The position numbers were made by a program, and so were the translations under genes. The notes under the pieces are model-generated. The model was not told where the DNA came from, did not search any database, and saw nothing but the letters and a program-made list of their open reading frames with translations. Below, in pieces: positions 1 to 12,710 of a stretch of DNA of 64,000 nucleotides. The stretch's first letter is position 1, and the number at the start of each line of letters is the position of its first letter. Origin of the DNA: Camelus ferus (Eukaryota); the NCBI RefSeq assembly GCF_009834535.1, contig NC_045697.1, positions 45,882,001 through 45,946,000 on the forward strand. Reading direction: 5' to 3'.

Positions 1-1260
1 CTAATTTAGATATTTTTATATAAAATATGGACTATTTTGTCTTTATAGTTGCACTAAGTTCATTTACACATACTGATGTTATTGATAAATTTAGCCTTAG
101 TTTTTATCATATTGCTTTATATTGTATATATGTCAGACACACACACACACAGCTTTTTCACTATGGCACCTACTTTGTTACATCTTTTTTTCTATATATT
201 CCTTGGCTTTATGAAAGGCTTGTATTTTGCCCAAATAACTACCTTTATCTGACCACCCTTCTATGAAACTCTTGCCTCTCCCCCTTTTTTTAAAGCTAAC
301 GTTCATTATTCCTACTATGAAGAATATTGAAATTAGCTAGCAGTATTTTTTCTCCCACTTTTTCCTATCCCTAAACGTCTAATTTGAAATCATATGCCTT
401 TTCTCTTCAGTTAATCACTAGAAGGCAGTCAGTGAACTTAATCTATTCTCCGTATACTTTCCCTTATTTCTGATGGCCAACGGTATCTCTATTGCCAGTG
501 CATACAACAATATTATACTACACTCGCCCCCTTATATCCCATTTAGTCTCTGTTTTATAGATAAATATATACTTATTGTTGACCACAGTTCTTTGGTTTA
601 TGTCTTTCTGGTCATTTTGGTGGTATAAAGTGTATTCTCTAGTTAATTCCCCAGGAAGTCTCATGGGAGCAATATTCCTGAGTTCTTTGCACATCCATGA
701 TAGTGTGTTTCCAGCCGTCGTACATGAAGTTTAGTTTGGTTGGATATAAAATCCTTGGCTCATATTTTCTTTCAGTCTCTTAAATATTACTCCATTACTT
801 GCAGCATAAAACACAGAAAAATCTGATGACAATCTGAGTTTCTTTCCCTTAGAAGTCTTTTTTTTCTTTTTCTTCAAATTCCATTTTTCATGTCTTGTAG
901 GCTATTCTGTTTTTTCCTGAAATAGTAGTGTGCCCTTCCAGTCCTTTATCTCAGAAAGTTTCTTAAAAGTATAATGTTTAGTTTTAATTTTATGTTGTTG
1001 CTTTGTTTTTTCCTTCTCCAGGAATTCCTATTGTATATATGTATGTATGTATGTATGTATACTTTATCCATGTCTTTATCATTTTATACAGTTTTTATCT
1101 TATATCACGTTCAAGTCTTTTTAATCTCTTCATTCTGTGCAATTTTTAATTTGTTTCTCCTTTTTATCTTCTACTCCTCCTAAAGCAATGTGTGGCATCT
1201 ATTTATACGTTTCTTTTAGTTTATTCTTCACTTAACAAAAGCGTTTTTTTTTACTTTCCT
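1..1260 (-). mobile_element. Ancient L1M/HAL1-like LINE fragment (decayed)
   Basis: T-rich antisense L1 composition; 650-860 resembles antisense ORF1-region motifs of old L1/HAL1 (ctcatgggagcaatattcctgagttc; ggatataaaatccttggctca; aaatctgatgacaatctga). Recalled consensus; boundaries approximate. Confidence 0.6.
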
Positions 1261-1569
1261 ATATGGTGTTAGCTCTTTAATTTTATAATAATAGGAAACC
1301 AACATGCTTGTATTTCTTACTAAAATTACCTATAAGATAGAACTACATATCCTACTCTGACTGATGAACTCACTCTAATTGACGTCATATACAAGTTTAA
1401 AAAAAACAAGTAAAGGATATTAAACAAATGCAACATTGATGAAAATGCTTGGGGTCTTTTAGCAATTCTTGGCAGCCCAGAATGAACCCAGAATGAAGAA
1501 AGAGCATTGACAGTAACAGTATATAAGGCAATAGTATTGCTATGGGCTTTGAGAGAATTCAGGCAAGGC

Positions 1570-1650
1570 CTGAGCACACTGTCTGGCACTTAGTAAGTGC
1601 TCAGTAAATAAATCCATATTTTATTATCATTATGATTATCATTACTATTA
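1570..1650 (+). mobile_element. MIR/L2 3' tail fragment
   Basis: ctgtctggcacttagtaagtgctcagtaaat followed by an (ATT)n-like tail, matching the shared MIR/L2 3' end. Confidence 0.65.
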
Positions 1651-1850
1651 TTCAGAGGATCAAGACAGAGAAAGAGACAGATGGTATAGTAAAGTTTTGG
1701 GTTACAACTTTGACATTTAAATTTTGAGTCTCCTTTATCTTTACCCGTCCCTCCCTATGCTCAGATCAAGGAGCTACATGGGCTTCCCAAACAGGCTAAT
1801 CATAAAGTGTCTGCCTTGGGCACTGCTTTTTAAAAGATGTATTAGAGCAT

Positions 1851-2417
1851 TGTGCTAGATTCTGTTTTGGCAGTAATAGTATCTCCCATCCCACACGCTC
1901 TAATGCACTGTGCCCACGCCATCCCTTCCAGCAAAAGGAATAGTCTTTTTTCCTCCACCTCCTCAAATCTGATTACTTTGAACAACAGAACCCAGGGAAA
2001 TAATACTGTGTCAGTTCTACACCCAGCCTGTAATTGAACTGGCATCTTCTCTCCCTCTCTTTCTGAGCACACTGTCTTAGAAGCCAACTGTCATGTAAGA
2101 AAAAGTACACTGAGACATCCATGCTTTTGAAAAGCCCAAGTTATACGAAGAAACCCTGGATATGGAGTTGCCACTTGGAGAGAAGGAGAGGGAGAAACAG
2201 ACAGACACTGGTAGACAGAGCACTGAGGCCACAACCGTATCAGTGAACAGGCCACTGGAAGTGGACCCACCAGCTCCAGGCCCTCAGAGTCTATTGAGCA
2301 GAGACCAGCTGTCCAGCCAAGCCCTTCCTGAAGTCCTGACCCACAGAACTGTGAGCAAAACAAAACAGATATTTAAAGCTGTGATGTGTTTTGCAAAGCA
2401 GAAGATAACCAGAACAA
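1851..2417 (+). mobile_element. MaLR solo LTR, MLT1H-like
   Basis: Begins tgtg..., contains atctcccatcccacacgctc, and has the MLT1 3' motif tcctgacccacagaactgtgag...gataaccagaaca. Accounts for the ORFs at 1842-2443. Confidence 0.8.
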
Positions 2418-5319
2418 ATATTTATTTAGAAGATGTGGAATGAAATTTATTTCCTGTGTAAAAAAATATTATAAACCTTCATGTTTAAGTTCAAAACAAA
2501 TGATTCTAACATGCAATGAATGGAAAGCCACATTTTAATTTAATTTATCTTCCGTTTCATAAATCTGTCTACCATTCATAACTGGCTATTCATTCACACA
2601 TGCTCTAAGAATAAAACTACTGGATATAGTAATAAACTCTTGTTCAAAATATATTTAAATCTTTGTAAAGTCAGCTTTCATGTTAGCAAAATATTTCCAT
2701 TTTTCTATAATTCTTTTCCTCTCCACAGCTTCCTTTGTAATATTCTGGACCATACAAATAGTTAGGAGACATTATTAGAAACTTTAAAGTCTAGATAATA
2801 AAATAAACCACTTGTTCCCATGCTATTCTGGTTGAGAATTTCACCTGGCTGGCTCAGAGTTGGTGGCACAATTACATATATGCTATGAAAACATTCAACA
2901 GGTCAGGTCCAGGGGAAAGAGATTTTTCTTTTTCATTTCCATTTGATGGCACTGTCTACTTCATCAAAAGTGGAATCTATTTATATTTCCCCAGTTATAA
3001 AAGCAATCAAGTGTGGTAACCTGTGTTAACAAGCACCCTGGTCCAATTTAAACCAGCAAGATTTCAATACTTTTTACTAACTGATGCCTCAAGCAGCATT
3101 TACTTGTTAGGTTGCCCCAATAAGGAAAACAAACAAGAGTGAATTATTTGAGAGACTATTTGTATCTAAATACCTCCTTGAAAGGCAAAGAATTTTATTA
3201 TGTTTTCATCTTAAGTAAATAAAATGGTTTCAGCTCCTTTAAAAACATTAGTAGACATATAATTTACATGAAAATCTTTTATACACAAAAATTCAAGTAT
3301 TAGTTGTAAAGAAATCTGAGGTTTAATATTGGAGGAATTATACACATAAATTTTCATGTATAAAACTAAAACCCATTCCAAGGGAAAAAAACAATTGTAA
3401 TACACGATAGTATTTATAGTACAGTTAGTTGATATCTGGACTTAGAATACGTATGACTCAGAAATAAAAATGCATATGTTGTCAGAATAAACATATTTTA
3501 TTCATGAATACTCTATCTTTCTATCATGTAATTTTTTCTGAATTAAAGATACTTTAAAAACGTGCTATCTTTTACAAGGAATAATTGGATTAGGAAGTCA
3601 CTTTTTAACACTTAGACTGTTAGTCATTTTGACATTGTTGGCATGTTGTCAGCTGAAAAATCTAGTATAAAAATTTGATTGCTACTTACATAATCTAACG
3701 TACAGGAAATGCCTTTGTAAGGACCTTAATCCCTTGTATTTTATTGTTTAATAAAATGAACAAGTAATTGTAAAAACTACACTTAGTGTATGATATTTGA
3801 AACTCCACAGAGTAAATGATTTTAAAAATATTATTAGTGCTCACATACTTCAGTTGAACAGTTTCCATGGTTATTGGAGTTTTGGCTTACACTGGAAGTC
3901 CACACCTGACCAAATATTGGCACAAATGTTTCAAACAGTTAACAGAGCTACCAGCAGCATGTCCCATGTCACCTATCCAGCATTAACAATATATATATAT
4001 ATAAATATATTTTAAAGTTTCTTTATCAGCTTTCTGCTAAGTTTGTAAAACCACCATTACCAGAAAGGGGAAAACACTGCAACTGAGAAGCTCTCCTTAT
4101 GTGGTTATAGCATAGCCCAGTATACACAAAGAGGTAATTTTTGTCCTTCACATTTAGAAGTGTTTGTCTGTGTGTGTATCTGTGTGTGTGCATGTGTGTG
4201 TACTGAGTGATGCTTTTAAATATTTAGAAAATATTCTAAATTATATACATTGCTACATCTTGCATCATATGGGATGTTACGTTAGGAACAATGTTAATTT
4301 TAGGATAAGAGTTGTACGGATTAAAAGTAGAGGGATAAGAATCAAACTCTAACTTCATTTTTAATATGACTAAGTAGTAATAAATAAAAAATAAAACAGA
4401 AGCCACGATGAAGCCACTTAAAAAGATGATATTACCCAATCAAAAAATCTAAAAAAATTTGAACATTAAATTGAGACTTGGCTACAAAAAAGTAAAATTT
4501 GCCTACATCAGATCAGCCAAATATATGCAGATAAATGTGAATTTAAATACAGGAAGGAAAGAGTTGGATATGGTGACTCAGGATTTAGATGATTCCACTA
4601 AAATATAAAGGGATACTTGCTTGCATTTAAGATCAGTCAGTAAATATTAATATTGGTTAATTGTTTACTAGACATAGTAAAACTGTCATGTCTCATTTAT
4701 AATTTTATATGCAACATACATCTAATACAAGTTTGAGCTCAATATGTGATTGCTGAATAGATATATATAATCTGTGCTACATTAAGGCTATACTGTGTAA
4801 AACTTTATTTTTTTATTCCTACAATCACACACAGTAAGTATGAAATTTTATAATGGCATTTTGTAGATAGTTAAATTCTGCATAATATAAAATATGAATA
4901 TGTTACTTAATGAACTGGCAAATTTTAAGGAGTTTGAATGAACAGAGGAAACTTTTGACAAAGAATCATGTCTGCAGATAGATTTTCATTTTTCCTTTTA
5001 TTTTGCAGCAATGAGAAAGTTTATTTTAAAATATACAAACTTTTTTCTACCTGGTAACTTTATCAAACATTATATTTTGCTTTCAACAGTTTTTCTAAAA
5101 TCTTTTTTTCTCTCAATTCCTACAACACATAAATACTCTCAATTAACTAAAAGAAAAATTTATTAAAATAGAGTTTCATATGACAAATTAAATACACTTC
5201 TATGAGAGCTCTTTCACTCCTCTAAGCAGCAAATCATAAGGTATGTTCAGTAAAAGACTAAGCCTACAAGAATTTCATCAAATATAAGAGTTTTTATTGT
5301 CACCCTGCTGAAAATCCAC

Positions 5320-5507
5320 AATGCATATTAGCATATTAAAGACACTGAAAAGTCTTACAGTAAAGAAACCTCTTTAACTCTGCCTAAATTCAGTGTTTCC
5401 AAAATTTATTTGACCACAGAATGAGTTTTTGTCATTTCACAGAACATCTGTTAATATATGTGTACCAAGTACACACACAAACATATCAAATACGTTTTTG
5501 GAAATGC
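5320..5507. mobile_element. hAT-Charlie DNA transposon, MER103C-like
   Basis: atattagcatattaaagacactgaaaagtcttacagtaaagaaacc...cagtgtttccaaaatttatttgaccacagaa...tttggaaatgc matches the recalled MER103C consensus. Confidence 0.7.
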
Positions 5508-5529
5508 AAATATTTCAGTAGTTTAAATA

Positions 5530-5741
5530 TGTGGTGTCCTCTCTCTTCACCAAATCTTCCTAGTCTCCCTCTTGTAACACATCTAGAATCCATTCAACTT
5601 TCTCTATCTTCTTTCCACTATCCTAAATCCAACCCGTCATCATCATTTATGTTAAATATTACAAAAGCTTCTTAGCTGGCATCTCTAATTTTACTCTCCA
5701 ATTTTCTTCACTGAAACCAGAGTACCCTAAAAATGCATATG

Positions 5742-5772
<31 letters not shown>

Positions 5773-6728
5773 TGCCTGCTTGATTCAACCCCTCCAATTA
5801 ATTGTTTCCTGTAGAATTTAGAATAAAATATAAATATCACAAACCAGTCCTGAAAGGCTTTGCAAGATTTTTCTTGCCACTCATCTCCCTCACTACTCTG
5901 ACTGCGCTGGCAGTGTACAGTTCTTGAAACATGTGATGCTTTTCCCCACCCACCTCAGATCTCCCTGAAAGATGTTTCCTTTTGCTGAAAAGGCAACTAC
6001 TGGAATTTTTTTTTTTTTGTCTCTTTATTTCTTGCTTGTCTATAATACATCAGCTTTATTGTCAGATCCTCAGAGAGCCCTCTCTAACCTCCTTTCTAAT
6101 TTAGGCAATTACATAATTTCAATGAAAGATAATTACAGCACTTGAAAATACAGCAGATTAAAACTAAAATTTTATTACTTATGATAGTAAAAATAAGAGG
6201 AGAATGAGTTAAGCAAACCATCATATCCTGATGAGAATCTTAGTTCACACAAACTCACACAGAGGAGACTGGCAGGGCTACCGTTCCCCTCACGGGAAAA
6301 GACAAAACACACAGCAGTTATACAAACTGAATTTCTTCTATCTTAGATTTCTATAATTAATTATATAGACGGATATTTTTAGAGCCTAGCTCTCATGTTT
6401 TACAATGGCTTTTTAAAATTTTCCTCACGAATATATCTTCTAACTTTTATTACCTTGCCAATCTTTGGCCAATGGCTCCGTAGTGGATTAGTATCATGAT
6501 GATAAATAAACTACTTGAAATTCCTACCACATTATTTTAAAGTTCCCATAAATTCACATAGAATCCTTTTCTTTTTTCTTTATAGCACTTATAACATTTA
6601 TTTTTGTGTTGAATTATTAAATATCTATTATCCTCACTGGGCTGAATCTAGTAAGACCGGGTACCTTATCAATTTTTCTTAACTCTGCATACCCAGTGAG
6701 TCGCAGAGTGCTTCAATAAATGTCTATG
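5530..6728 (+). mobile_element. L2 LINE 3' region, fragmented (gap ~6110-6560)
   Basis: Pyrimidine-rich L2 motifs (atctagaatccattcaacttttctctatc; tatagcacttataacatt), ending in the L2 tail cttcaataaatg. Confidence 0.65.
5744..5771 (+). repeat. (TG)14 microsatellite
   Basis: Seen directly. Confidence 0.95.
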
Positions 6729-6874
6729 CATTGGGCTATATGCCAGAAACTGATACACTGTAACTGACTGTACTTCAATAAATAAATAAATAAATAGAAA
6801 GTATATATATATAAAATGCATAAGCAATAAATTAAACAAGTTAACCAAAGTTAAAAAAATTTAATTAAAAAAAA
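6729..6874 (+). mobile_element. Extremely 5'-truncated lineage-specific L1 3' end with A-rich extension
   Basis: ccagaaactgatacactgtaactgactgtacttcaataaataaa resembles the 3' terminus of the L1 copy at 61748-62043 in this window. Confidence 0.75.
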
Positions 6875-8369
6875 GTCTACGAACTAAGTGAATTATTATA
6901 TGAACCACCTACTGCTCAGTTAATTTGATATAAACTAGAAGAAGAAACAAGATAATATATAGTTCCCACCCTTAAAAAGTTATAAATTCAATAGAAGTAG
7001 ACCATTAAACAGATAATTAAAAGTCTGATAAAAGCTATGAAGTACAATGAGTGTTAAATAAGCCTATAGAAATGGTATATAGTACTACATCAAAAATATC
7101 CTAAGGTTCTCCTAACTTAAATACTAAAAAGAAAAATACATATATATGTACCTATGTATGAATGTATGTATGGATGGATTTAACACGTTTGTAACTTTGA
7201 TTGAACTAACCCAGCTGTTTCTTTGAAGAATGTTTAATCCTTATAATGGTCAAAACTACCAACCACAATGAAGCAACATGGAAAGAAAAAGCTCAAATAA
7301 ACTTAACCATGTTTATATGGAATACACATAAACAGAGAAATTACATTTCTGCAATGTCTAAAGAAAGTTAGAAAAATGCTTCATGTGTATTATTTCTCAT
7401 AATTATCTTTCCTCTCATACGAAACATTTATTTTCTGTTCATATTATGTCTAAATCAGATAAAAATATGCCCACCATGTTTCTAGGAAAAAGCAAGATAC
7501 ATGACTAAATGTCTGAGAGGAAGCAAATTTCTCTTTTGTAACAAGGTTTTAATTTGACTAGGACGCAAAGATCAGAGCAAGAACTGAATCATCTGCTTCT
7601 CGGATCCTTCTCTGTGGTTAGGAGCTCTGATAATTATCAAGAATAAAAATCCCCATCAAAGAAACATATGAGAGTTTTTGCAAGAGCTGAAAACATTTGT
7701 TAGATAGTTCCCTCCTAATCACTACAAAGGTTTCTTACATGGCACAGGAAAAAAACTTACTTGGGCCATTTGTGGCATATTAAGAACTCTTCATTACATA
7801 TAAGTCTCAAGTATACATGATTTACTTTACTTCATGGAAATAAAACCTACATACAGAGAAAATATACACTTCATCCTTCTTATTTGAACCAGAAGTTCTT
7901 GGCTTGCTCTCCATATGTAGGGGTGCGAGGGATATCCCAATGTATGATCGGCAACTCTGTCTTTCCCCTCTCTGTTACATATAAACAGATTTTGTTTTGC
8001 TTTCTAGCTAAAGTTGTTCATTATAAAGAGTCATTTTCCTCTAAATCTCTTTGGGTCATCAAAATAGTCATAAAAGTCTATATTTATAATTGCAGTTTGC
8101 AAGTTAATTTGCCTTCATTTCCTGCCCTTGTGTGGTGTACTGGACTTACATAGTCTTGTAATATATTATTTGCTTAACCTGCTTACAATTTCTCCATTTC
8201 ATCATATGGAACAGTAGCTACTTATGATTCAAATAATAATTATTTTACTTATATTCGTATTTAATTAAAATATTTAAACATATTTTCAACTATTTATGTT
8301 TGGATTCTCTATTTAGTAAAAGAAAATTCAGGAAAAAGTAGATTCCTAGAAAGTCACTGTATATCTCAA

Positions 8370-8830
8370 TATTCCTAGTTGCAAACAACAGAATCTGACT
8401 AGGTTAAGCATAAATCAAATTTATCAAAGGATCTTAAGGATCTCATATAAATTTGAAGAAAGTCAGAAATCCAGAAACAGAAGCTACTGAAAAATACTCA
8501 GGCACATTGAATTGATTGCTTTAGCAAAAACATTATTGCCTCTGCACTTGGACAAGACACTATGCTTTTATAGATGCCATAGCACATATCAAAAATACTA
8601 AGACTAGATCCCAGAAGATTCTCCAGTGCAAGCCCCAAGAACTAGATACTTTACTCACCAAAAAAGTATCCCCAATATTCTTGATCCCCTTGCCTTGGAC
8701 ACCTCCAAATACAGATCTCTTGCAGATCAAAAGATTTGCAAGCCAAATTGTCACATTTATGCCTTAGAAGCAAGAGACTAGAAGAATGATCCTGATTTCT
8801 GCTTTGAGGAAGCATTCTGCATTTTTTTTT
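8370..8830 (-). mobile_element. Old MaLR LTR (MLT1K/L-like)
   Basis: tagttgcaaacaacagaatctgactaggttaagc...aaatttatcaaagg and gtcacatttatgccttagaagcaagagactag match reverse-orientation old MLT1 motifs. Confidence 0.55.
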
Positions 8831-8879
8831 AATTCTATATTTGTCCTTTTGACATCCAATAATCACAGGGCCAAATTAA

Positions 8880-9369
8880 CAGACGAAATTGTTTACTCTG
8901 CCCCTGCAATCCAGCTTTTGCAGGTATACGAAGATGACATTACAAACTTTCTAGCCAATCAAGACCCCAGACTCTCAACCATCTCCTCTACCTAACTTTC
9001 ACACACCAAGCCAATATTCCTCTTGTCCTAAATCACCCAGACTCAGGTACCAAACAACTAGAGTCTATCCCTATTGCCCAGAGCCTGCTGACATTATTCA
9101 AATTAGCCAGTCCTAAGCTGTTTTCCTTACCCTGCCTTGCCTTTCTACATAGCAGAAAACACAGTAAAGGCTCTGGGCCTTGCTCTCTCCCTCACTCCTG
9201 CTTCTCCCTCCTGACAAAACCTGGTACTTCTCCATGTGGCCCTGCATGGCATGGCATTTCCCTTCTCTTAGAAAATGTAAGTAATCAATTCTTTCAAAGC
9301 GAGATATCTCCTTATCTATCACCTTACCATACCTAATTAAAAAAAATCCAGGGTACAAATCTTAGAACA
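8880..9369 (+). mobile_element. ERVL solo LTR, MER74/MER54-like
   Basis: cacaccaagccaatattcctcttgtcctaaatcaccc...aggtaccaaacaactagag...ccatgtggccctgcatggcatgg...gggtacaaatcttagaaca; ends in CA. Confidence 0.8.
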
Positions 9370-9879
9370 TGAGTCTAAGGCATATAATCTGTGGAACTAT
9401 CCAAATACAGAACAGGTATTTCAAAGATGTTGTAGAGCCACAAATATGACAACCAACCATTCCATCTAATAGGTAAATGAGATCATTTTATTAGCAGAAA
9501 GTTTTCCAGTTAATTAAATTTAGTGAGAGAAACTGTAGACAAATTTCAGTTTAGGATACTTTCCTGGAAAACCACTAATATGTCCTTTAAACCTGTCCTT
9601 GATCTGAAGATATCTTTGGAGCTGTAAGACTGGTTAAAAACCTACTAAGGAAGTCACATTGAAGAAATGTGAAATCTATTGTTTATACAATATATTTTAG
9701 AGTAACTTAATCTAAGAGTTGTGGAAGATGTAGTAATCTTCTATTAGTTTTTAACAAAATTAAAAAAAAAAACTCACCTAATGAATCTGAGTAGTATAAT
9801 TAAAAGATCTTTAAATGATACATATATATCATGACTCAGAGTTACCTAGTGGAATAATTATGCAAATTTGTTTACGTAG

Positions 9880-10760
9880 AACAAAACTAGATTTATGAAA
9901 TTAGAGGATCTAAAGGTTCTTACCCAGTGTAGGAATCCATTCAGTGACATCCATGAAAGGCAGTAATTTGAATTCTGTGGCAATATTTTCAATGGCAGGG
10001 AATTTCTAAAGGCCATTTATCCCACTACTGAGCAGTTCTAGTGATTAGAAAATAGTTCCTTACACTGACTTGAAATTTTCCTCGATGTAGGTACTACCCA
10101 CTGCTTCTAGTTTTGTTTTCCTAAATCCCACAGTTATGATCATCCACCAGGCATATCTTCAACTATTTGAGGATATCTTTTCTATGACCACCTCAGACCT
10201 CTCTCTTTATGCTAAATATCACCAGTTCCTTTACAACTTCAATACAAAAATGGTTCTAGAGCTCTCATTAGCTTGATGACCTTCCTCTGAATAACCTCCA
10301 ATTAATAAGTATCTCCTACAAAATAAAGTTTCCACAATTCAGAACTATACTTCAAATGTGGTTAACTGAGGGCACAATGGGAAACCATTCGTGTTCTATA
10401 CTTGTAAGCAATTACATCATGCTGTTGACACAAAAAATTTTAACAAAACTTAAAGTCACTTTTCACTAGCTGGCCAAGGTGTTTGCAAGGTTCAGTCATA
10501 CTCCATTAAAGCTCAAGGGTAAAAGGATGACTGCCTGCTAATAGTTATCAAAATAGGAACACAGTTTAAGATTCCTATTTCTAAGAATCAAGATTCTCTT
10601 CTAGTGTTAATATCTTCCCTTCGCTAAGTGTTCACCAATCAGTTGTCTATTTATTTATTCCAAAATAGGACTAGAAGTTGACATGAATCTCCTTGGTCTA
10701 GAGTCTCCAAAACTAGGGGTCAGGTCTCTCATTCTTAGAAATGACTCTGAAAACAAAATG
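9880..10760 (-). mobile_element. L3/CR1 LINE fragment
   Basis: Antisense CR1 3' ORF2 motifs (gctaaatatcaccagttcctt; cagaactatacttcaaatgtggttaactgag; ttagaaaatagttccttacactgacttgaaat). Confidence 0.65.
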
Positions 10761-11408
10761 GTAATTTTATTCTACCTCCTAACATTGAGTTGTGGGGGCT
10801 AAAAAATGGGACTTAGAAAATATGCTTCACTCTTAACCTTTTATATTTTTATGTTGTGTGCTTTGACCTACCCAAGTTGAAGATGATTCTCTTTAACAAA
10901 ACAGGCACACACACAAACTGGCTGAACTACGAGTCTCTTTTTTCTGTAATATAGTTGTATCTTATCTTATCCAGGATTGGCGTGGGTGGGATGAAAGTTC
11001 TTTTTTAATCCTTATTACTTTTACAGTTCAAAAATCAAGTAAAAAACCCTACTGAATCTAGATTTTTTAAAAAAACTTCTTGATATTCTGATAAATTTCT
11101 CTCTAGTTATTGCTATCATCAAAAGGCTTCGATCATCCCTATATCTACAAAATCTATGTTCAATTAAAAATATTGATGAATAAGGAAATTCATTTTTTTC
11201 CTTCAAATTGGAGGAAATCATTCATAAATTTCCCAGTATGATTTTAAAAATACCTTTGTCCTATAAATGTGTTAGTAAAAGAAAATGTCTTTATTTTAGT
11301 AACAGGAGCCCATGGTTTACTTTCCGAAACAAGAAAAGAAGTCTTCACATTCCAGACATAAAACTATAATTAAAAATCTCACTTTTTTAATATTCAACTG
11401 ATTGCTAC

Positions 11409-11779
11409 TGTTTAAGTAACTAGATAAGGTCCAAGATACAGTAGCTCCCTCTAAGCCCTGAATCAGCAAACCAAAACTTAACTGTTTCTATGCTTGACTC
11501 TCTCAGAAAAGGAAGGGCTAAGTCAATAACTCAGCACTAGCCTGCTCAGTACAAGTGACCTGACCTAGCTCCAATATTTCCCTTTGCTTCACCTCAGGAC
11601 AGTAACCCTGTTTTAACCAGTCATCAAATGCCCAGTGTAAGTTCTTTGTTCTTGCTCTCTTTGGTCTATAAAGCCCTCTCCCCTTGTAGAACTCTTCGAA
11701 ACTCCTTTGTATTTTCTAGACTAGATGCTTCCTGATTAGATAAAACCCAACTAGATCAGTGGAAAATTTTCTTTTAACA
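11409..11779 (+). mobile_element. ERV1-class solo LTR (~370 bp)
   Basis: TGTTTAAG...TTTTAACA termini, near-perfect 4-bp TSD (ctac/ccac), TATA-like ctataaa near 11666. Confidence 0.75.
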
Positions 11780-12169
11780 CCACACTAAATCATTTTATTT
11801 CTGTGGATAAACAGAACAAAATTAAGTTTGTTAAACTCTAAGAAAATCATCAAAATATTGAGATAATTTTTTCTTTCTAATTATCAAGATTAATTGTGAA
11901 TTATACTTAAGTACATTTAACTACTAAGACCAGGCCAGCATATATTACAGATGGAATCACCTCATTTAGAAATGTTATAAAAAGTTATCTGAACCTTCTA
12001 AACCTTAACAAAAGTATATTGGGAAAACTTTCATTGATTTTTTTATGAGTTTTCTGTTTAATGTGTGGATAATTTTTTTTAACAAAAGATTCTTACAAAA
12101 ACTTTTGTTGACTTTTTTCAATACTATAAATTACAGAATCATTTCTCAAAGGTTCAAAGTCAGAGATGC

Positions 12170-12710
12170 AAAAAAGAAAAATAAAATCCCCTTTAATCCC
12201 ACCTCCCAGAAATGATCACTTTTATTGTGCTTTTGGGCAAGAATTTTAAATATATAGCATTCAAGATGTTAGTATTCTTTCCTTTACACAAGGTAGATAT
12301 CAATAATTAATCTTAAGTATTCTCTCCCTGTGATTACAGTATTTGCCCCACAATTCTGAGCACAGTACTGGATCTAATCAACATTTATGTACATTACCAT
12401 TATTTAAATATAATACTATGCAACATATTTGTGGGTTTTATTTCTTACTTTAAGAAGTCAAGAACATGTTCCCAGGTCATAAAATAGTTTTTTTTTTTTT
12501 TTTTTAACAGTATCATTTCAAAGGACAGCTTGGTATTCAATTGTATGTGGGTTCTACATTTTACTGTGGAAAGCTTCCCAGGTTATGTCTTATAAATAGC
12601 TCTATGATGAACATCCTCAAAGCATATGTGCATACGACGTGGAATTTATTTGCATTAAAATGCTTCTGATATGTATTGATAAATTGTTCTTAGAAGGTTT
12701 TTTGAAATAT
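12170..12710 (-). mobile_element. Old L1ME/L1MC 3' fragment
   Basis: aatcccacctcccagaaatgatcact; ggtattcaattgtatgtgg; tatgatgaacatcctc are antisense old L1 3' motifs. Confidence 0.5.

Noticed and set aside
1586..1600. Hairpin gcacttagtaagtgc
   Set aside because: It is part of the ordinary MIR/L2 3' tail.
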